Source: an archaeon
Lineage (GTDB): Archaea > AGJL01 > Methanococci > Methanococcales > Methanocaldococcaceae
Direction: 5' to 3'
DNA: 64,000 bases
Assembly: GCA_024278985.1 (NCBI GenBank)
Contig: JAJRSC010000015.1
Location: 21,836-85,835 of the forward strand
How positions within the stretch are numbered: the first letter of the stretch is position 1; each line of letters starts with the position of its first letter. Made by a program: the position numbers and the translations under genes. Shown here one piece after another: positions 57,117 through 64,000 of the stretch. The notes under the pieces are model-generated. The model saw only the letters and a program-made list of their open reading frames with translations. It made no database searches and was not told the DNA's origin.

Positions 57117-58214
57117 TATCTCTTTGATACTGTTTATAACATATTTAACTTGTTCCCATTCTAATCCATATACACTCATTTTTATTTCTTTAGTAACCCC
57201 TGGTTTTATTCCACCTATTCCTCTTTTTTTCAATTCATCATAAAAGAAATATCCTCTTCTTTTATCTTTCTTAGCAATATCATCTAGCACAGGAGTCTCA
57301 AATAAAATTAAATCATGTTCTTTTGGCTTAATGCCAAGTTGTTTAAATCCAACTTTTTCAAGTTCTTCAACGACATACCTTGTTTTTTTAATTTCTTCAT
57401 TCCACTTTTTTACTCTTTCTTTTACATATGGAAAACTTGACATAAGTGTAATTATTGGTAAGCCCCTACTTGTACATCCTAAAAATTCAATTTCTTTTTT
57501 AGGGAAATTTTGGGAAGGTTTTGCTATTTTATCATAAAATTCCTCTCTAAATCCTAAGATTCCAATTGGTCCAGATGCTGCCATACTCTTATGTCCTGAA
57601 GCAACTATAAAATCAGCCTTTAACTTTTTTGCATCTACTGGCATTCTTCCAACACTATAAGCACAGTTTAATAAAAATGGAATACCTTTTTCTCTTGCTA
57701 TTTTTCCAACTTTTTTAGCATCATTTAAGTTTCCATAATTTCCATCCACATGGGTCAATAATATTAAACCAATATTTTTATTCTTATCTTCCAATTCATC
57801 AATAACTTTTTTATAATCATCTAAATTTATCTTATATGTGGGATATTTTTCTTCATATCCTACCTTAGCAATATTTAATTTTGCTCTTTCTGCTGAGACA
57901 TAACTTGTATAGTGGGCATTACTATCCAAAATAACATAATCCCCTTCTTTACAAATAGCATGCATAACTGCAAATTTACCCTCTCTTGCTCCATGAGTTA
58001 CTCTTACAAAGTCTATATTTAACCACTCAGCAACTTCTTCTAAAAAATGTTTAATATTTGGATGTTCTATCTCATCCAATTTTCCCTGACAGAAATCACA
58101 TATACTATAACCATCCCAAAATTCATAAATTACTTTTTTTGTTTCTTTTGGAATAATACCTCCTCTTTGTATGGGATTAAGATTTATCATTTCTCTTAAA
58201 TTTCTACAGTACAT
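57102..58214 (-). CDS. pscS: Sep-tRNA:Cys-tRNA synthase
   Basis: NPIQRGG, GYSICDFC, GAREGK, SGHKS, LGCTSRG. Confidence 0.95.
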   Translation of the reverse strand: MYCRNLREMINLNPIQRGGIIPKETKKVIYEFWDGYSICDFCQGKLDEIEHPNIKHFLEEVAEWLNIDFVRVTHGAREGKFAVMHAICKEGDYVILDSNAHYTSYVSAERAKLNIAKVGYEEKYPTYKINLDDYKKVIDELEDKNKNIGLILLTHVDGNYGNLNDAKKVGKIAREKGIPFLLNCAYSVGRMPVDAKKLKADFIVASGHKSMAASGPIGILGFREEFYDKIAKPSQNFPKKEIEFLGCTSRGLPIITLMSSFPYVKERVKKWNEEIKKTRYVVEELEKVGFKQLGIKPKEHDLILFETPVLDDIAKKDKRRGYFFYDELKKRGIGGIKPGVTKEIKMSVYGLEWEQVKYVINSIKEILLQF

Positions 58215-58309
58215 TAATCCACCTCAAAAATAGTTAATAATATTATAATAAAAATATTAGAACAAATATATAAAAGAGAATTTAATGTTAAAAATAGTTT
58301 TTGTATTTT

Positions 58310-58654
58310 TTAGCATTTTATAGCAACTTCTGGAGCTCCAAGTTTTTTAGGATGTGGAGCTTTAATAACAAAGAACTCTAAAATTTCATCATCATTATTT
58401 TCAATTATCATTTTTGTATTGAATGGAACATATACAATTGTTCCCTTTTTATATTTTTCTTTCTCATCTTCTAAAGTAAGGGTCATGGTTCCTTTAATTA
58501 TTATTAAATGAACATTACTATTTGAATAATGACATGGAACTTTCTCACCTTTTGGTAGAACTATATGATTTATAATAACATCATCAGTATTTACTAACTT
58601 CTCAACAACTTTTTTATCAGTATTTAAAGAAAAATTATAGGTTTTTGCTATCAT
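58310..58654 (-). CDS. Cupin-domain protein co-transcribed with hcp
   Basis: HIVLPKGE..HYSNS..GTIVYVP. Confidence 0.8.
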   Translation of the reverse strand: MIAKTYNFSLNTDKKVVEKLVNTDDVIINHIVLPKGEKVPCHYSNSNVHLIIIKGTMTLTLEDEKEKYKKGTIVYVPFNTKMIIENNDDEILEFFVIKAPHPKKLGAPEVAIKC

Positions 58655-58658
58655 AATC

Positions 58659-60272
58659 TTAACCTACTAATCTTTTTATATCTTCTTCAACTGTTGAGAT
58701 TGTTGAGATTCCAAACTTTTCAACAAGTATTTTCTTAACATTTTCAGATAAGAATGCAGGTAATGTTGGACCTAAGACAATGTTTTTAACTCCTAAATAT
58801 AACAATGCTAATAAAACAGCAACTGCCTTTTGCTCATACCATGATATATTATAAGCTATTGGAAGCTCATTTATATCTTCCAAATTAAAGACCTCTTTTA
58901 ATTTTAGAGCAATAACTGCCAATGAATAACTGTCATTACACTGTCCAGCATCTAAAACTCTTGGAATTCCATCAATGTCTCCTAAATCTAATTTTATAAA
59001 TCTATATTTAGCACATCCACAAGTTAATATAACTGTATCTTTTGGTAGAGCTTTGGCAAATTCAGTATAGTATTCTCTTGTTTTATGTCTTCCATCACAT
59101 CCAGCTAATACAACAAATTTTTTAATTTTTCCTGATTTAACAGCTTCAACTATTTTATCAGCCAATGCTAAAACTTGATTATGAGCAAATCCTCCAACAA
59201 TTTTACCATTTTCTAATGGTGTTGGTGGAGGACATTTTTTAGCATGCTCAATAACCTCAGAGAAATCTTTAACCCCATTCTTTTCAGGGATTCTTTTAAC
59301 TCCTGGATAACCTACTTCATTTGTTACATAAACTCTATCTTTATAACTATCTTTTGGAGGTACTAAACAGTTAGTTGTAAATATAATAGGTCCATTGAAT
59401 TTTTCAAATTCTTCTCTTTGTTTCCACCAGGCATTTCCATAATTTCCTACAAAATGCTCATACTTTTTAAAGAATGGATAATAATGGGCTGGTAACATCT
59501 CACAGTGGGTATATATATCTACTCCACTGTCTTTACTTTGCTCTAATAACTGCTCTAAATCTTTTAAGTCATGTCCTGTTATTAATATTCCAGGCCTATC
59601 TCTAACCCCTATATTTACCTCAGTAATTTCAGGATGACCATAAGTTTCAGTATTTGCTTTATCTAATAAAGCCAAAGTTTCAACTGCATATTTTCCAACT
59701 TCTAATGCCAAATTAAATAATTCATCTGCATCTTCTGATTCCACTATTTTTGTAAAAGCATCTACTATAAACTTATGAATTTCTTCATTATTATATCCTA
59801 ATCTCATAGCATGACTTAAATATGCACCAATTCCTTTTAAACCATATGTAGATAATTCTTTTAATGCTCTAATATCTTCATTTTTTTCAGATAAAACACC
59901 TACAACTTCAGGATTAGCTTTTTCAGATATTTCCTCTTCTTTAAATGTAGCACAATCTGGGAGTTCATCTCTATTTAGTTTAGTTTTTTCTATTATTCTC
60001 TCTCTCAACTCAATACCTTTTTTAATATAGTTTAAAACATCATTTTTATCAAAATTAACATTTGTTATTGTAACAAATAAGGCCTTAGGAATGTAGTCCA
60101 TAACTTCATCATCTAAGTAGTTTCCTTTACTACAAACATAGGATAAACCTTTTATAGTATAAATTAATAAGTCCTGTAAGTTTGCTACCTCTGGCTCTTT
60201 TCCACAAACACCTATTTCAGTACAACCAACATTTTTAGCAGCTTCTTGACATTGAAAACAAAACATCTTCAT
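58659..60272 (-). CDS. hcp: Hybrid cluster protein (hydroxylamine reductase)
   Basis: [34 protein letters not shown]. Confidence 0.97.
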   Translation of the reverse strand: MKMFCFQCQEAAKNVGCTEIGVCGKEPEVANLQDLLIYTIKGLSYVCSKGNYLDDEVMDYIPKALFVTITNVNFDKNDVLNYIKKGIELRERIIEKTKLNRDELPDCATFKEEEISEKANPEVVGVLSEKNEDIRALKELSTYGLKGIGAYLSHAMRLGYNNEEIHKFIVDAFTKIVESEDADELFNLALEVGKYAVETLALLDKANTETYGHPEITEVNIGVRDRPGILITGHDLKDLEQLLEQSKDSGVDIYTHCEMLPAHYYPFFKKYEHFVGNYGNAWWKQREEFEKFNGPIIFTTNCLVPPKDSYKDRVYVTNEVGYPGVKRIPEKNGVKDFSEVIEHAKKCPPPTPLENGKIVGGFAHNQVLALADKIVEAVKSGKIKKFVVLAGCDGRHKTREYYTEFAKALPKDTVILTCGCAKYRFIKLDLGDIDGIPRVLDAGQCNDSYSLAVIALKLKEVFNLEDINELPIAYNISWYEQKAVAVLLALLYLGVKNIVLGPTLPAFLSENVKKILVEKFGISTISTVEEDIKRLVG

Positions 60273-60421
60273 TTTTTCACCAAGTAATTTCTAATATATT
60301 TTATCTTTTATTTTAATATTTATAGATTGTTGAGATTTTTGGGGATTATAAAAAGATAATAATTATTAATCTTAATAATATAAGAGACATAAAAATTAAT
60401 ATCTTTTAAATTATTTTTTCT

Positions 60422-60438
60422 GTTCATAATTTATGAAC
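60422..60438. promoter_or_regulatory. Perfect 8-1-8 inverted repeat, candidate operator
   Basis: GTTCATAA-T-TTATGAAC in the divergent hcp/phosphoesterase intergenic region. Confidence 0.45.
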
Positions 60439-60530
60439 TTTTTTGTACATAATAGAAAATTATTTATAATATTTATGTATATAATATTCCAATGTACAAT
60501 ACTAAATAATAGAAATAAAGGTGATAAAAA

Positions 60531-62594
60531 ATGAATAAGAAATCTATATTATTTTTATTCTGTTTTTTAATGGTATCTTTTACATCTATTTATGCTAATG
60601 ACTATGGAAATATATTTTTTATACAATTAGCAGATATTCATTTATGTAATGATAGTGAAGTAGAGAAAGTATTTGGAGGAAAAATACCTCCTGTAAGTAC
60701 TGTGAAAAAAGTAATAAATGAAGTTTTAGCATACCATCCAGATGTTGTTGTGCAAACAGGAGATATTGTAGCATTGGCAGATCGTTATGACCTTGATACA
60801 GATGAAAGATGGTATAAATTAGTAAATAGTACAATATATACTCCAATTACATCACATGGAATACCATTCCTATATGCTCCTGGAAATCATGATCCAGCAG
60901 GATATAGACTAAGTGATATAAATACCTCAGATCCAAGATATTATAATGGATTAATATTTAAATATATAGATAAAGGAAAAAATAAAACGTATTATTCATA
61001 TGATGTAGGAAATTATCACTTTATAATGCTTGATCCTAAAGAAACTAAAGAGAGTGGTTATAGATCAGTAATTCTACCTGAAGAACAAAAAGAATGGTTA
61101 ATAAACGATTTACAAAAAAATAAAGATAAATTTATAATAATTGCATATCACCAACCATTAGGTTCATGGTATATTAATGATTCTGATGAATTTATTAAAT
61201 TAATTTCTCCATACAAAGGACATATACTATTAATAGCTGGACACACTCACGACAATAGACTTATATACAGAGATGGAATTCCTGAATATCAAGGAGGGGC
61301 AGTATGTGGTGATTGGTGGCAGACTGGAAAGACACCTGATGGATATCCAATGGGTTATGTGATATATTATATAACCAATGGAACAGTACATAGATTCTAT
61401 AAAGGAATTGGTTTAACTAAACAAATAAATATATTAAAGCCAAGGGAGGTAGTATTAAACGAAACTACACCAATAGAATTAAATGTATATTGGCAAAATA
61501 AAACAATAATAAATATTACATATTTAATCGATAATAATAAATCATTCCCATTAAACTTTACATTAATAAATACTTCACATAATATTTGGTGGTATCATGC
61601 TGTAGGGTATATTCATCCAATATTAGATAACAAAACACATAATATTACAATAATCGTTAAGTCAAAAGATGGAGACACATTTAATATATCAACAGTATAT
61701 ATATTTTCAAATAATAAAATATTTCCAATTAGTGAAATAATTAATGATACTAACTTTAAAAAATATTATGGTAGATTCGTAACTATAAATGGAACAGTAA
61801 CTAACGTAGCATATTACGGAAACTTATTAACTATTAAAGATAATAGTGGAGAAATTAAGGTATGGGCTGGAGATTGTCATCATAAAGAATTTAAGATCGG
61901 AGATAAAATAATTCTAAGAGGGGAAGTTTCCCAATTTAAAGGTACTAAAGAGTTGAAACTCATAAGTGACAATGATGCAATAATATATGGTCATGAAAAT
62001 ATAACAAAAGAGTTAATCAAAATTGATAAAATTAAGGAGATTTACTCAAACTATTCAAAACTTGAAGGAAAGTATATTGAAGTTCATGGAGTAGTAACAG
62101 CTCTCTTTGATAATGGTAATGAGATATATATTCAAGATTCTACAGCAGGCTTACAAATCTGGGCTGGAGAGATAAAGCACCCTAAAGTTAAAGTAGGGGA
62201 TTACTTAATTGTAAGAGGTATTTTATCAAAATACCACAATATGCCTGAAATAGAGGTTAGTTCAAAAAATGATTTTATCATAAATGGAACAGCTCCGGTT
62301 CCGAAACCAATAGTAATAAACTTAGAAGATATCCCAAAGTATTTAGGTAGTTTAGTAAAAGTAAAAAATGTGAAAGTTATAGAGATCGATAATTCAAAAA
62401 TTATAGTCACTGATGGAAAAATTAATGGAACTATCTGGTGTAAATATTCAGGATTTAATCCCTTGGAAGAAGTTAAAGTTGGAGATGTATTGGATATAGT
62501 TGGAATAGCTAAAAAATACAATACAATATATGAAATTGTTCCAAGAAATGTTTCGGATATAGTAAAACATCCATCAAACACACAATTGAAATAA
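60531..62594 (+). CDS. Secreted calcineurin-like metallophosphoesterase with C-terminal OB-fold-like repeats
   Basis: Signal peptide; ADIH, TGD, GNHD, GHTH motifs; repeated V.G.VT..I.D..G..VW..VGD...G units. Confidence 0.85.
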   Translation: MNKKSILFLFCFLMVSFTSIYANDYGNIFFIQLADIHLCNDSEVEKVFGGKIPPVSTVKKVINEVLAYHPDVVVQTGDIVALADRYDLDTDERWYKLVNSTIYTPITSHGIPFLYAPGNHDPAGYRLSDINTSDPRYYNGLIFKYIDKGKNKTYYSYDVGNYHFIMLDPKETKESGYRSVILPEEQKEWLINDLQKNKDKFIIIAYHQPLGSWYINDSDEFIKLISPYKGHILLIAGHTHDNRLIYRDGIPEYQGGAVCGDWWQTGKTPDGYPMGYVIYYITNGTVHRFYKGIGLTKQINILKPREVVLNETTPIELNVYWQNKTIINITYLIDNNKSFPLNFTLINTSHNIWWYHAVGYIHPILDNKTHNITIIVKSKDGDTFNISTVYIFSNNKIFPISEIINDTNFKKYYGRFVTINGTVTNVAYYGNLLTIKDNSGEIKVWAGDCHHKEFKIGDKIILRGEVSQFKGTKELKLISDNDAIIYGHENITKELIKIDKIKEIYSNYSKLEGKYIEVHGVVTALFDNGNEIYIQDSTAGLQIWAGEIKHPKVKVGDYLIVRGILSKYHNMPEIEVSSKNDFIINGTAPVPKPIVINLEDIPKYLGSLVKVKNVKVIEIDNSKIIVTDGKINGTIWCKYSGFNPLEEVKVGDVLDIVGIAKKYNTIYEIVPRNVSDIVKHPSNTQLK

Positions 62595-63040
62595 TGTTAA
62601 AACCTGGATGGAACTGTTTGTCTATTCCACATTATGCAAATATATCCTTCTCAGAACAGCCAAAAATAATATTGACATATTACAATAACAGTTGGATTAA
62701 TACAAAGAACTTAACCCCATTGTATGGATACTATATTTATTGTGAAAAAGAAACTATAATGAAAGTTGTATTTACTAAGCCAGAATTATCAACTCCTCCA
62801 AAAAGACCTATAACAAAAGGTTGGAATCTTGTAGGAGTTAATCCTGCTGAAAATGATATACATGGTGTTAGTTTATTCCAGTTTATATTGCCAATTAAGA
62901 ATATATTTATTTATTTAATAAATATGAATGGAAATTGTTATGACATATATAATGGAAAAAACGTTACGTTAAAACCATATAAAGCTTATTGGTTATATGC
63001 TAGTGGATTTGGAGAATTAGCAGGAAGAAATTTATATTAG
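62594..63040 (+). CDS. Cell-surface-protein C-terminal-type domain (GWN repeats); possibly the frameshifted tail of the upstream gene
   Basis: LKPGWNCLSIP and KGWNLVG motifs; no signal peptide; TAATG junction. Confidence 0.65.
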   Translation: MLKPGWNCLSIPHYANISFSEQPKIILTYYNNSWINTKNLTPLYGYYIYCEKETIMKVVFTKPELSTPPKRPITKGWNLVGVNPAENDIHGVSLFQFILPIKNIFIYLINMNGNCYDIYNGKNVTLKPYKAYWLYASGFGELAGRNLY

Positions 63041-63096
63041 TCATATATTTTTGTTTTTTAATATTATAGTCTTTAAAATTTTGGAGGAGTGAAAAA

Positions 63097-64000
63097 ATGA
63101 AAAAATGGATATTATTATTTTTAATGATGACACTTAGTTTAAGTTTAGCTATATCGCCACCTTCCTTACCGGCAGTATATTATGGATATATAATTTCCCC
63201 AGAGAATGTTAATGGATATTTAATAGCAAAAATAGATAATAAGACTGTTGAAAAGATAAAAATAATTAATAATACATTTGGAGGGCCATCCTATAAAGAT
63301 AAAAAGTTAATAATATATGATGAAAATTTAATTGGTAAAACAATATATTTCTATATAAACGGAACTATACCTTTAAACCATACTGAAAAATATGAACCTG
63401 GAGTTGTAAAAAAATTAATCTTGTTTTATAATATAAATTGCCAAAAATATAAGAAAAACAATATATATATAACAATACTTAAACCCAAAAATTATAACAT
63501 TAAAATTATTATACCAGTTGTTTCAAACTATTCAGAAAATATACACTATAATATAAATAAATTATCTGAAATTATAAAAGCCACTAAAGAGAATAAGATA
63601 CCTATAAGTAAAATAATGGATTATATTGTTCCCATAGCTTATTATGGTTTTAAAGTGATAGAAAAAAATCAGACACTAAAGGAGAGTATAATAAACAATA
63701 AAAAGATAATCACAACAAACATAACATTAAATATTACAAACACATCAAGTAAAGGGTTTATAACCCTAGCAATGCCAATAGGAAACATTGACAACCTAAC
63801 AATAAAAGTAGATGGTCAAGAGTTAAAAGAATTTGGAAGTGAAGAAGTAAATACTTCCTTAGGATGGTATATCTATGAAAATGGTATTTTGGAAATAACA
63901 TTAGTTAAAGATCCTATCGTAACAATAACATTAGCAACAGAATTACCAGAAGAAACAACTACATACTACTATACTACAGGAACACCACTAGCTTTAAGAA
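63097..64000 (+). CDS. Secreted/cell-surface protein (runs off window edge)
   Basis: GGAGG SD; MKKWILLFLMMTLSLSLA signal peptide, PPSLPAVYYG, many N-x-T/S sequons; frame open to window end. Confidence 0.8.
   Translation, partial: MKKWILLFLMMTLSLSLAISPPSLPAVYYGYIISPENVNGYLIAKIDNKTVEKIKIINNTFGGPSYKDKKLIIYDENLIGKTIYFYINGTIPLNHTEKYEPGVVKKLILFYNINCQKYKKNNIYITILKPKNYNIKIIIPVVSNYSENIHYNINKLSEIIKATKENKIPISKIMDYIVPIAYYGFKVIEKNQTLKESIINNKKIITTNITLNITNTSSKGFITLAMPIGNIDNLTIKVDGQELKEFGSEEVNTSLGWYIYENGILEITLVKDPIVTITLATELPEETTTYYYTTGTPLALR

Overview
Very AT-rich archaeal chromosome segment from a hyperthermophilic methanogen of the Methanocaldococcus type. Evidence: GGTGA Shine-Dalgarno motifs, hcgB/hcgC, SepCysS, an MJ1647-type histone, thermosome, PCNA and archaeal ribosomal proteins. 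Most of the window is dense housekeeping DNA; I saw no tRNA, rRNA, CRISPR array or transposase. The exception is a ~4.4 kb accessory locus (about 23.4-27.8 kb) between korD and guaB. It holds two copies of a ~320 bp promoter/leader/signal-peptide repeat. Each copy contains a canonical kink-turn plus an SD-occluding hairpin and precedes a small secreted Gly/Ala-rich peptide with a hypervariable core, followed by an unrelated small membrane protein. The locus also has a headless third peptide cassette with its own membrane partner, a DUF95/SpoIIM gene, an intact hicBA pair and a decayed relBE pair. It looks like a polymorphic archaeocin (bacteriocin-like)/immunity cassette system, possibly under L7Ae-type translational control; this function is inferred, not shown. 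Several essential genes carry G>T nonsense changes or single-base A-run deletions, most likely consensus errors. The last 3.5 kb encodes secreted proteins with a different GATC signature, suggesting recent acquisition.
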